Below are positions 17,007-26,193 of a stretch of DNA of 32,678 nt, one piece after another. Position numbers and translations under genes: made by a program. The notes beneath the pieces were generated by a model. It saw only the letters and a program-made list of their open reading frames with translations, was not told the DNA's origin and did no database searches. How positions within the stretch are numbered: the first letter of the stretch is position 1; each line of letters opens with the position of its first letter. Source of the stretch: an uncultured Nitrososphaerota archaeon (GTDB taxonomy: Archaea > Thermoproteota > EX4484-205 > JAAOZP01); contig CAYQCW010000016.1 in the NCBI GenBank assembly GCA_964416155.1, forward strand, positions 1-32,678, in the 5' to 3' direction.

Positions 17007-19730
17007 TTGTCTTCGAAGAGCTACATCGTGGATTTGAAGAACGTCTGCAGGAGAGACTGGGAGAAAGCCGGTGGCAAGGCTGCTAACCTTGGTGAGCTTA
17101 AGCGCCTGGGCTTCCCTGTTCCCGACGGCTTCGTAGTGACCACGGATGCTTACGAGGAATTTCTATCGTTCAATGGTCTTGAGACGATTATCGAGTCTTC
17201 TCTCGCCAGGGTTAACCCTGGCGACCCGGGTTCGATAGAAGAGTGTTCGAGGAGAATCAGGGAGGCGGTTGAGCTTTCCAGTCTGCCTGCGGAGCTGGCT
17301 GAGGATTTGAGGAGAGCCTACGAGAAACTGCCTGTTAAGAGTGTTGCAGTCCGCTCCTCAGCCACCGTGGAGGATTTGCCCCAGGAGTCTTTCGCAGGCC
17401 AGTTGGAAACATTTCTCAACGTTAAGGGTTTCGAGAATGTTGAGAGGAGCGTTGTCCGGTGCTACGCCTCCCTCTGGGGAAGCAGGGCCGTCGCGTACAG
17501 GGAGAGGAACAGGGTTCCGCACCGCGGGCTCAAGATAGCTGTTATTGTTCAAACAATGGTTCCGGCTAAGAGTGCCGGCGTGCTTTTCACCGTGGACCCT
17601 GTTTCCTCAGACAGTTCGCAGATGGTGGTTGAATCCAACTTCGGCCTCGGGGAGTCGGTTGTTTCAGGCCGAGCTATGCCCGACAGGTTCGTCATACTCA
17701 GGGGCCCGCGGGAAGGCGGAGAGCCGTTGAAAACCGTCAGCAGGGAGATCGGGACTAAAAACTGCGTGTCCAAGCCTATTTCCGGGATGGAGACGGGTGT
17801 TGAGCATGTTGAGGCTCAGCCGGAGGAGCGCTTCCAGCCCTCGCTCAGCGAGGAGCATGTTTTTAGGATTGCTGAAATCGGTCTCGCCGTCGAGAAGGTT
17901 TTCGGGTGCCCGCAGGACGTAGAGTGGGCTGTTGACGAGGATAGTAACATTCTGATACTTCAGTCTAGACCAGTAACCTCGCTCTCCCAGCCGGCTCCTG
18001 AGGATGAGGTTGTCTGGAGCAGGGGCTACTCGGACGACTACTGGAACGACCCGGTTACACCATTGTTCTTCGAGCTCCTGGGCGACCAGCTTACGAACAT
18101 TGTGAACATTGAGCTTAACAAGATCATGGGCTACTCTCAACCCGGCTCGAGGAAGACAGACCAGCTGCTGAAGCTCCACCATGCGCACGTCTATTTCAAC
18201 CTTGAGGTGTTGAAGAGGAAGGTCGAATACGAGATCCCCCCATTCCTGCGCAACGAGGATATTTTAAACTATTTCCCTGATGGAAGCGGGCCGTACGGCA
18301 AGGAGACCGTGAAGAAACTGCCTTTCAGGCTTAGGAAACGGATAATGGCTGAGCTCCGCGTAATGCTTCACGATCCCAACGGCTCTGTGACTAGGACAGC
18401 GTCCGCCTACGAGGAGTGGACCCGTAGAGTGTTCAACCCTTTCTGGGAGCGGTTTGAGCCGAGGATGAGCAGGATGAGCGGTGGGGCAAGCATCAAGGAC
18501 TATGTTGAGCTGGCCGAGGAGCTGGATGAGCTGATGACCGGCCACTTCCGCCTGGTTAGGTACGGTATTCCGGTTCACAACATCGGCATGAACCTGCTCG
18601 CCCAATACTTGCTGAAGCGTTTCCTAGGCGAGGAGGAGGCTTTGAAAACCTATCCTGTTCTAATATCCGGCTTGAAGCATAAGACGAGTGAGATGAACGA
18701 GAGGATTAGTCTCATTGCTTCCGTCGCAAGCTCCTCGCCCGAGCTTAAGAGGGTTATTCTGGAAACTCCTTCCGAGAAACTCTTGGAGAAAATTGGCTTG
18801 TTGAAAACTCCTGACGCGCAGGGGTTCATGAGCGAGTTCAACCGTTTCCTAGAGGACTTCGGAGTCCGGGGCTTCACCAGGGAGCCGTACTACCCCCGAT
18901 GGAGTGAGGCGCCCCAGTACGTTTTCGACATTCTTAAGCCGCTTGTCGAGGAGAGTGGAAACGCTGCAACAGTGGAGCCTGAAGGCTTGGAGCAGGAGGA
19001 GGCTATGAGGATGGTTAAGCGGAGGATCAGGCGTCTCCGCTTCGGCTGGTTTAAATGGAAGCTTTTCTCAACGATCCTGGGTTTCGCCCGCAGATACATA
19101 ATATTCCGGGAGAACCAGCGTTTCAACCTTGACCGCTGGATCACTATGAACCGGAGGATCTACCTGGAGATCGGGAGGATTCTTCAGAGCCAAGAGGTCC
19201 TGCAAGACCCGCAGGAAGTATTCTTCCTCACCAAGAGGGAGATTAAGAAGCTTGCCTCGGGGCAGGTCTCTCAGGATGAGCTTAAGGGAATCCGCCTGCT
19301 CGTTAACAATCGTAAGCAGGACTTTCTTAAGTATGAGAACACTACCCCAGCTAAGTTCCTGCAGGGCCAGAGGGAGTTTAACGATCCTCCGCCGGAGCCC
19401 GGGTTAGTGTTCAAGGGGATTCCTGCAAGCCATGGTGTTCTCACAGCCCCGGTGAGGGTTCTGAAAAGCGTTGAGGATGTTTGGCATGTGCGCGCGGGAG
19501 AGATACTGGTGGTGCCGCGTACAGACCCGGGTTGGACACCGGTTTTCAGCAGGATCGGCGGCCTGATCACGGAGACAGGCGGGATGCTTTCCCACGGCGC
19601 CGTAGTGTCCAGAGAATATGGGATTCCGGCTGTCACAAACGTTCCGAACGCCTGCAGGGTTTTTAAGACGGGCCAGACAGTAACCATAGACGGGAACAGT
19701 GGCCTCGTCAGGATCGAGGGGGCGGTGTGA
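17007..19730 (+). CDS. PEP-synthase-related dikinase with rifampin-phosphotransferase-like architecture (ATP-grasp - helical substrate domain - phospho-His swivel)
   Basis: GGKAANL, VAVRSSATVEDLPQESFAGQ, PQDVEWA, LQSRPVT; about 470-aa central helical region; C-terminal TDPGWTP...GGMLSHGAVVSREYGIPAV; no PEP-binding barrel after the His domain. Confidence 0.9.
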   Translation: MSSKSYIVDLKNVCRRDWEKAGGKAANLGELKRLGFPVPDGFVVTTDAYEEFLSFNGLETIIESSLARVNPGDPGSIEECSRRIREAVELSSLPAELAEDLRRAYEKLPVKSVAVRSSATVEDLPQESFAGQLETFLNVKGFENVERSVVRCYASLWGSRAVAYRERNRVPHRGLKIAVIVQTMVPAKSAGVLFTVDPVSSDSSQMVVESNFGLGESVVSGRAMPDRFVILRGPREGGEPLKTVSREIGTKNCVSKPISGMETGVEHVEAQPEERFQPSLSEEHVFRIAEIGLAVEKVFGCPQDVEWAVDEDSNILILQSRPVTSLSQPAPEDEVVWSRGYSDDYWNDPVTPLFFELLGDQLTNIVNIELNKIMGYSQPGSRKTDQLLKLHHAHVYFNLEVLKRKVEYEIPPFLRNEDILNYFPDGSGPYGKETVKKLPFRLRKRIMAELRVMLHDPNGSVTRTASAYEEWTRRVFNPFWERFEPRMSRMSGGASIKDYVELAEELDELMTGHFRLVRYGIPVHNIGMNLLAQYLLKRFLGEEEALKTYPVLISGLKHKTSEMNERISLIASVASSSPELKRVILETPSEKLLEKIGLLKTPDAQGFMSEFNRFLEDFGVRGFTREPYYPRWSEAPQYVFDILKPLVEESGNAATVEPEGLEQEEAMRMVKRRIRRLRFGWFKWKLFSTILGFARRYIIFRENQRFNLDRWITMNRRIYLEIGRILQSQEVLQDPQEVFFLTKREIKKLASGQVSQDELKGIRLLVNNRKQDFLKYENTTPAKFLQGQREFNDPPPEPGLVFKGIPASHGVLTAPVRVLKSVEDVWHVRAGEILVVPRTDPGWTPVFSRIGGLITETGGMLSHGAVVSREYGIPAVTNVPNACRVFKTGQTVTIDGNSGLVRIEGAV

Positions 19731-20695
19731 TGGAGCCGTTAAAGCATAGGTCGAAGAACCATGTTGAGTGGAACGAGTCCTACTATTTTGTTTTCCACGA
19801 CTTGAAGCATAGGCTCGGCGGAATGACTAGGCTGGGCTTCAAGCCTAATAAGAGGGAGGCCATGACTTTCCTCTTCCTCTTCCTGCCGGACGGCTCCGCC
19901 GCAGGATACCAGGCTGTGGAGGAGACTGTCGACTACGGGCTTCAGGATCTGCACGTCGGCAGAGTTGTTCACCAGCCTCTCCCCGGAGGCGTTTGGAAAT
20001 ACTTTTTCGAGGGAATCATGGTTGCAGCGAGGAACCCTGAGGACCTGCCTAGGATAAGGGAAAACCCTTCTCTGGCTTCAGGCGTGTTCCCCGTCAGGGT
20101 TGAGCTTTCCCTCACGCCGATTAGCGAGGCCTACGAGTATAGCGTGCACATGACGCCTGAGTCAAGGGAGCTTGGGAAGAAGTCTGGGGATGAGCACTGG
20201 GAGCAGATCGGCATTGTAAACGGGGAGGTTCGTGTAGGCGGGGAAGCATACCGGGTTGAGCAGTCGATGGGTCAACGCGACCATACTCACGGAGTCCGCG
20301 AGTGGACCAGCATAGACTACTGGCTTTACTACGTTGTCTGGTTTTCAAGGGAGCTTGCAGTCAACCCTGCTGCAATAATAATGGGTGACGGCAGGGTTTC
20401 CACAGGAGGTTTCCTTTTCGAAAAGGGAAGGAATATTCCGATTGAAAGAATCCGTGTTCTCGAACAGGAGTTTCGGGACGAGGTTCTGCCCGTGGGCTCC
20501 AGGCTTGAGCTGGTCGACGGCCTCGGCAGGAGGCACGTGCTGGAGGCTAGAGCCGGCCCCGTGATCCCGGTACCCTTCACCGACAGCGAGGGGAATGTTT
20601 CAATACTGGCACAGTCCTTCGGCAGCTTTACGCTGGACGGTGTTGAGGGTGGCTACGGTAGTTTCGAGACGCTCAGGAGGAAGCCGAGAAAATAA
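19727..20695 (+). CDS. Beta-barrel protein, AttH/CrtC/tocopherol-cyclase-like (DUF7064/7065-like), paralog A
   Basis: WNESYYF, HWEQIG-x-V-x-G, GQRDHTHGVREW; GTGA overlap with the dikinase gene. Family call from memory of motifs. Confidence 0.65.
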   Translation: MMEPLKHRSKNHVEWNESYYFVFHDLKHRLGGMTRLGFKPNKREAMTFLFLFLPDGSAAGYQAVEETVDYGLQDLHVGRVVHQPLPGGVWKYFFEGIMVAARNPEDLPRIRENPSLASGVFPVRVELSLTPISEAYEYSVHMTPESRELGKKSGDEHWEQIGIVNGEVRVGGEAYRVEQSMGQRDHTHGVREWTSIDYWLYYVVWFSRELAVNPAAIIMGDGRVSTGGFLFEKGRNIPIERIRVLEQEFRDEVLPVGSRLELVDGLGRRHVLEARAGPVIPVPFTDSEGNVSILAQSFGSFTLDGVEGGYGSFETLRRKPRK

Positions 20696-20711
20696 GGCTT
20701 CCAAGCTGTTG

Positions 20712-21602
20712 TCACGAGAAGCTTGTGAAGAGCCATTCTAGGAGCCCGGTGCCAGTTTCCCCGTATTCCTCAAGACGGTGGACAGCCATGGCTTCGACAA
20801 GCTCAGTCGTGCCCCCTGGGAACCGGCGGGTGAACTTGACGAAGCTCGACGGTGACAATAGTTTCGAGCAGATGCTGTATTCTTTCCCGTCCTGGCATAG
20901 TATTCTGGTTGCTGCCCCCGTGGGTGTACCCGGGTCCCCGCTGTACTCAGTCTCAACCTCCACGCTTGAAACAGGGATGCTTCCCAGGGCTGTTGAAACC
21001 CCGCCTGAGACTGTCGTCACCCCCTTGACAGTGTCCATTCTAAGCCCTATGGAGAAGCCTCTGAACTGGGCGTGTAAGGCGTACCAATGGTCTATGTGCC
21101 ACTGCCTGGGGCCCCAGCTCTTGTCCCTCTGTCCGTAGCCCCAGATGCTTGTTTCAATTCCTCCGGCTCTTATTCTTCCGGATACTGTGCCAGACTGTTC
21201 GAAGTGGCCCTCCCAGGATGTTCCGCTTCCCCGGCCGAAGCTGAACGCGGGAAACCTGCCTGTCCAAAGGATCTCTACCTCAAGCCCGGGGCTTGAGAAA
21301 ACTATGCGCCAGCTCTTCAAGGCTTCAACCAGCTGGAAGCATAGACGCCCGTCGTCTAGGCACTTGAGGGTTTCAAGGCTGAAAGGCGAATCATGCTCCT
21401 GGTGGTAGATGTACCTCTCACCCCCCTGGAAGACGGCGAAGACAAACTCTCTCCTGGACAGGTTGGGGTAGAGGCCTATTGTTGTGAAGCCTGAAACCAT
21501 GTTTTCAAGGTCTACGAAGTTGAAATAGTAGCTTTCCCTCCAATCCTTTCTTCCAGAAGGCTTATGGTTCTCCTCATCCTTGGGGGAAGGAGTATTCATC
21601 AT
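20712..21602 (-). CDS. Beta-barrel protein, AttH/CrtC/tocopherol-cyclase-like (DUF7064/7065-like), paralog B
   Basis: WRESYYF, HFEQSG-x-V-x-G, GQRDKSWGPRQW: the same motifs in the same order as paralog A. Confidence 0.65.
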   Translation of the reverse strand: MMNTPSPKDEENHKPSGRKDWRESYYFNFVDLENMVSGFTTIGLYPNLSRREFVFAVFQGGERYIYHQEHDSPFSLETLKCLDDGRLCFQLVEALKSWRIVFSSPGLEVEILWTGRFPAFSFGRGSGTSWEGHFEQSGTVSGRIRAGGIETSIWGYGQRDKSWGPRQWHIDHWYALHAQFRGFSIGLRMDTVKGVTTVSGGVSTALGSIPVSSVEVETEYSGDPGTPTGAATRILCQDGKEYSICSKLLSPSSFVKFTRRFPGGTTELVEAMAVHRLEEYGETGTGLLEWLFTSFS

Positions 21603-21611
21603 TTCAACCAG

Positions 21612-22793
21612 CTACTCTGGAAGATAGTATAGCACCGGATCCCTCTCCCTCAGGAAGGGCAGGGTCTTCATCTTTATCGCCTTCATCTTGATGCGGGCGA
21701 AAGCCGGGTCCTCGTCGTGAGTCATGAAGAAGGGCAGGTACTCCTCCTGCACCCTGCTAGATATTTTCCAGTCGATCTCATCAGTCACTCCAACTATGTC
21801 CGTGTACCTTACGAAGCACCTCCAGTATGCTTCAGCCCCGGCTAGAAGCAGCTGCCTCCTATCCATTTCCGCGAACCTCATGTAGAGCTCCATCTGGGCC
21901 GTTTCAGCGGCCTCACCGTAGGCTGAGAGCTCGTCGAGTTGCAGCGGCACGACGGTGCCGTTCCTCCTAGTGTAGACCGCTATTCTCGTAACCAGCCTGC
22001 TGTAGTCTCCGGGCTCAACGATCATGGTGCCAATATCGTTGAAGGTTGCTCTAGCCCCGCGAATAGTCATCGCAACACCCAGGGTTGAGCTGGGCAGCCT
22101 GGCTTCCGTCGCAGACCAGGGGAGCCAAGGGCGTCTCCCGTCGTAAAGATTCGTATACTCTGAGACGACAAGTATCTCGTTCTCCCTAAAAGGATATGGA
22201 CCGTGGTTAACTATTTTCGCGCGGGCCTCACACTCGTCTATGAAAGCGTAAAGGTCTACGGAGCCTATTGCCCGCCGCGCCTTAACAACCTGGTTCTCGC
22301 CAACGGGCTGAAGGTTCTCCTTAACCCAGCTTAAAGCATCATCGTTTAACGCGAGGTTCACCCCTCCGGATGCGGCAACAGTCGGCTTCCCAGTGTTGAA
22401 GTAGTTCGTGGCTAGACGGTACCAGTGTTCGAGCATCCATCTCCACTGCTCTCTCTTCTCAGCAGGCTCCCCGGAAGGGTCTCCCCCATGCTTATTGTAT
22501 ATTGTTCCCATTCTCGCTAGAGAATAGTAGAGCCAGAGGTAGGAGACTGAGAGAGCCTGAATCGGGGAAAGCAGGGTCTTGCTTCTTGCCGCCAGCTCCT
22601 CCGGGGTTATTCTGCTCCAAACCCTCCTCATAACGTCGTAAAGATGATGATACGTCTGGTAGAAGCCGACGCAAATATATGCGTTAACCGGGAAAAGCTT
22701 GGACTCCAGAAGGGTTCTTTGCGTCACGATGTTCAGGAAGACATTGCTGAGATGAGCAATCTGCTCATTTATCTCAGCCACCTTCATGGGCAT
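21612..22793 (-). CDS. Uncharacterised 393-aa soluble protein
   Basis: Long clean ORF, 9 nt upstream of paralog B on the same strand; no motif I can assign. Confidence 0.8.
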   Translation of the reverse strand: MPMKVAEINEQIAHLSNVFLNIVTQRTLLESKLFPVNAYICVGFYQTYHHLYDVMRRVWSRITPEELAARSKTLLSPIQALSVSYLWLYYSLARMGTIYNKHGGDPSGEPAEKREQWRWMLEHWYRLATNYFNTGKPTVAASGGVNLALNDDALSWVKENLQPVGENQVVKARRAIGSVDLYAFIDECEARAKIVNHGPYPFRENEILVVSEYTNLYDGRRPWLPWSATEARLPSSTLGVAMTIRGARATFNDIGTMIVEPGDYSRLVTRIAVYTRRNGTVVPLQLDELSAYGEAAETAQMELYMRFAEMDRRQLLLAGAEAYWRCFVRYTDIVGVTDEIDWKISSRVQEEYLPFFMTHDEDPAFARIKMKAIKMKTLPFLRERDPVLYYLPE

Positions 22794-22888
22794 GAGAAAC
22801 AGGCCATCGTTAGGTTAATAAGTTTTAAACGCAAGGTATATAGAACTGTCTTGTTGTCTCAACCGGCAGCTGGAGGAGAAGAGCAGGC

Positions 22889-23239
22889 TTGAAAATAGTG
22901 GGCCGTGGCCTGATCACGATGAGTAAGAGGGCTGAGGGGGAGCTACGCTACTTGAAAACCGTGAAGGATGTTATAGCACTTTGGAAGGAGGGTGCTGAAA
23001 GCAAGATAGCGATGGTGGATGACGCTGGAGTTACAATGCTGGGTCCTATACTCTCAAAGCTGGCGGGAGTTGTCTGCCTGTCAGGAGGCCTAGGTTCTCA
23101 CCTCGCCATTGTCAGCCGCGAATTCTCCATCCCGGCGCTGATGGGCACAAGACTGGAGACGGCCGAACCGATCCATGGGCGGAGGGTGGTAATCCAGCCA
23201 CAGGACGGGAGCGATGGGCTCCTACTGCTGGACGAGTAG
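22889..23239 (+). CDS. Stand-alone PEP-utilising enzyme mobile (phospho-histidine swivel) domain
   Basis: 116 aa; GVVCLSGGLGSHLAIVSREFSIPALMG retains the catalytic His; GGAGGAG RBS upstream. Confidence 0.88.
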   Translation: MKIVGRGLITMSKRAEGELRYLKTVKDVIALWKEGAESKIAMVDDAGVTMLGPILSKLAGVVCLSGGLGSHLAIVSREFSIPALMGTRLETAEPIHGRRVVIQPQDGSDGLLLLDE

Positions 23240-23842
23240 CTGGAACAAGCCCAAGGCTTAAACATCTTGGAATAAGGTATAGAAAATTAGTTTATGATCG
23301 ACAGGGTCCTTTGACATTGCTACGAGCTTTCTAGAAGCGCGCGCTAGACCACTCTGTGGCAATTCCCCCTCAAATCCTTCAGGTTCTTCTAATGCCCTAT
23401 TAAGCATGTTTTTCAGCTTCGACGAGTACTCGCTTTTGGATGTTTCAACACTATTCCGTGACTAATGTTAATCAGAAAGCCTATTTAAACAGTACTTAGT
23501 CGATGTCAAGAAACAGTGATGTCGATTTCACGGAACCCTTAAGGGGCTTGAAATACTCTTCCAAATGTCTAGGGTGATTGTTCAGTCCTTGAGTGCTGCA
23601 TTGCAAAAGACTTTGATTTCTGTTTTGAATGCCGAGTTTCCGTGCGAAAGAAATTGGAGTGAAAAAGGCGAGTTTGTGCAAGAGGATTATATTATTTTTT
23701 AGTCTGAATCAAAAATATCGCTAACCAAGAATTTAAGAATTTAAAGCCGAGAGTAAACATCTCTAACTGCATGACCCCCGGGTTATCATCCGCCTTTTTG
23801 AAACTTGTCGGAAGGTCTGGGGAAGCATTATGATGACATCTG

Positions 23843-23867
23843 GATTCTTGGATAGTATCCAAGGATC
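23843..23867. repeat. 25-bp near-perfect palindrome GATTCTTGGATA-G-TATCCAAGGATC
   Basis: 12-bp arms with one mismatch, 1-nt centre, in a long AT-rich intergenic stretch. Confidence 0.75.
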
Positions 23868-24092
23868 ATTGTAATTAATAATTATAAACCGGTTTGAATG
23901 GGATCGAAAGCTTCAACATCTTATGAGAGATCATAATTGACTCTCAGGAGTTATTAGACGGATATGAAGCTTTTAGAAACTTTATATATGCAAGTCTTTA
24001 AGCTGGAAAAGTCCATCTATAACCGATTTTTATCTATTTTTTCTTTTCGACCTTTAAAGCTTAAATATAGGTTAGATTCGTTGCATCCTATC

Positions 24093-25349
24093 ATGTTGGA
24101 GGATTTAGCTAATAAAAATTCAAAAAATAAATTTAACCATAGTACATTTCGATGGATTGTATTGGTTGCTGGTTTCGCCACAAATCTGTGTTTAGGCATT
24201 CTTTATGCATGGAGCGTCTTAGTGCCGTCCTTAGAAACAGCATTCAACTGGACTAGGACAGAGGTGACCATACCTTTTACAGTGGCAACACTTTCCTTTT
24301 CCTTTGGCATGATTCTTACCGGCATATTGCAAGATCGTGTGGGCCCACGAATCGTCGCCTTCGCCGGTGCTATTCTTGCTGGTGGAGGATTCATGCTTTC
24401 TTCTCTCACAGAAACATTGTCACATCTCATTATCACCTATGGTTTAATCTTCGGATTAGGCAATTCTGCAGGGTATATCGCAGCTGTATCTGCAGGGATT
24501 AAATGGTTTCCGGAGAGAAGAGGATTAGCATCAGGCATAGTTGTCGGGGGATATGGTCTTGGAGCGTTTGCCTTTGCCCCAATAATGACATATATGATCG
24601 ATATAGCAGGCTGGAGGATGATGTTTACGATTTTAGGCATAACCTTCCTAACGGTGATTGGTATCGCTTCGCTTGCTCTGAAAAATCCTTTGTTTGAAAC
24701 AACATCTTCAAGACAATCCAATGCTCGTGGCTCATCAAATACGAGTTCCTCAAACAATCTTAGTCCAAAGGGAATATTGAAGAGACCCTTGTTTTATTTG
24801 CTATGGACAATCTTCTTTCTTTCTTGCACTGCGGGACTTATGGTTGTGGCGCATCTGAAACCGTTTGCGATGGCTTTTGCTGGTATTAGTGCTATAGAAG
24901 CAGCTGTTGCTGTGAGCATATTATCGGTTTTCAATTTCTCCAGCAGGATTATAATGGGCTGGCTGTCGGATATTACAGGGAGAATGAAGATGCTGATCAT
25001 AATAGCAGTAGTAACAGCTTTAAACATGTTTTTCTTTCCTATGTACAACGTTTTAACCTTAGTATATGTTGGCGCTGCGATAACTGGGTTGTGTTTTGGG
25101 ACGAATCTTGGGCTTTTCCCAGCAATAACTGCGGATAATTGGGGTACAAAGTATTTAGGGGTAAACTACGGTATCATGCTTACAGCTTGGGGAATAGGAG
25201 GTCTCATAGGACCAATTATCGGTGGACGCGTATATGATATGACAGGTAAATATGACGGCGCTTTTTGGATCGGATCGTTTCTCGCGTTTTTAACCCTAAT
25301 ATCGATTTTTATCGTGACACGTAAACGATTTGGATATCAGGAATATTAA
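24093..25349 (+). CDS. MFS transporter, oxalate/formate antiporter (OFA)-like
   Basis: LGILYAWS, GILQDRVGPR (MFS motif A), KWFPERRGLASG, GWLSDITGR, GVNYG; 12 TM. ATG 24093 preferred over 23964 (TTAAATAT at 24061, upstream part non-homologous). Confidence 0.88.
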   Translation: MLEDLANKNSKNKFNHSTFRWIVLVAGFATNLCLGILYAWSVLVPSLETAFNWTRTEVTIPFTVATLSFSFGMILTGILQDRVGPRIVAFAGAILAGGGFMLSSLTETLSHLIITYGLIFGLGNSAGYIAAVSAGIKWFPERRGLASGIVVGGYGLGAFAFAPIMTYMIDIAGWRMMFTILGITFLTVIGIASLALKNPLFETTSSRQSNARGSSNTSSSNNLSPKGILKRPLFYLLWTIFFLSCTAGLMVVAHLKPFAMAFAGISAIEAAVAVSILSVFNFSSRIIMGWLSDITGRMKMLIIIAVVTALNMFFFPMYNVLTLVYVGAAITGLCFGTNLGLFPAITADNWGTKYLGVNYGIMLTAWGIGGLIGPIIGGRVYDMTGKYDGAFWIGSFLAFLTLISIFIVTRKRFGYQEY

Positions 25350-25647
25350 AGTGTCGGTAGAATATGGCGTATTTCAAGGCTCGGGAAATAGTTTCCATCG
25401 CATTATTCGCACTCTTTGGGGTGTTTTGAATTCTACGCACTGGATGAGTAGCTTAGAGTTTTGGGATCTAAAGCATCAACATCCCATGAGGGTTATTCAT
25501 CCTTCTATTAGAAGCAAGGCATCCCTAGGAAAGGGTGAGCTGAACGAGCGCCTTGCGCGTGCTACTTTCAGACCCTTTTTACAGTCTCCAACAACTTTAG
25601 GCAAGGTTTAAATTTCTGAAGGGACAGTGATGCAGGGGAGGGCTGCT

Positions 25648-25945
25648 ATGAACAAGACACCGCTACTCTTTGTAATCATTTTGACAGTCTCTGTCATTGG
25701 GACTGTTGTTCTAAACTTATAGCTTGCCAATACTCCGCAAGCCCCCAACGGATTATTTGTGTTCCAGTCAGATGTGGCTGGCGTAACCGGACTATTTTGG
25801 GTCTAGAAAATATTCTTTAAACCGGGGTTATTGGGGGGTCCGATGAGTTGACGTTCACAGACCTTCCTGAAGGCAACTATCAGGTCATTGCCACAAAAGA
25901 AGGATATACTTCACACGTAATAGGCACAAACATTAATTATGCATT
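25648..25945 (+). pseudogene. Decayed secreted/membrane-anchored protein with carboxypeptidase-regulatory/PEGA-like beta-sandwich
   Basis: RBS GGGGAGG; MNKTPLLFVIILTVSVIGTVVLNL* signal/anchor, internal stops, then frameshifted LTFTDLPEGNYQVIATKEGY. Confidence 0.55.
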
Positions 25946-25965
25946 GGATGGCGCGCGCTATTCAC

Positions 25966-26183
25966 CACCTGTTCCGGATGAACCTTTATGGAACAAGGGG
26001 CTGGAGGGAGATTAGGGTTGAGGACAGCGACTACTTCTACTCCAACATGCTTCGCGCCTTCCTGAAAATGTTGAAACTAGGCAGCCGTCGTTCCCGCTTG
26101 GGGAGACGCTGGAGATAATCAAGATCCTTATCCTAGCCAAGCGCTCTACTGTAAACAGAGGAGCCGTCTTCCCTCTCGATTAA
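25966..26183 (+). pseudogene. C-terminal remnant of a Gfo/Idh/MocA-like oxidoreductase
   Basis: LFRMNLYGTRGWREIRVEDSDYFYSNMLRAFLKM / frameshift / ETRQPSFPLGETLEIIKILILAKRSTVNRGAVFPLD*. Confidence 0.55.
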
Positions 26184-26193
26184 AAAGAGGTTT

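Noticed and set aside
17007-19730. Calling the 907-aa protein PEP synthase (ppsA) or a rifampicin resistance gene
   Set aside because: The His domain is C-terminal and the PEP/pyruvate-binding barrel is absent, so it is not PpsA. The architecture matches Rph, but substrate cannot be inferred from architecture alone.
23255-23700. Short minus-strand open frames after the His-domain gene (including track ORF 23496-23681)
   Set aside because: No recognisable motif, RBS or convincing start; possibly decayed DNA but unsupported.
23964-24092. 43-aa N-terminal extension of the MFS transporter
   Set aside because: AT-rich, promoter-like sequence; a TATA box precedes ATG 24093.
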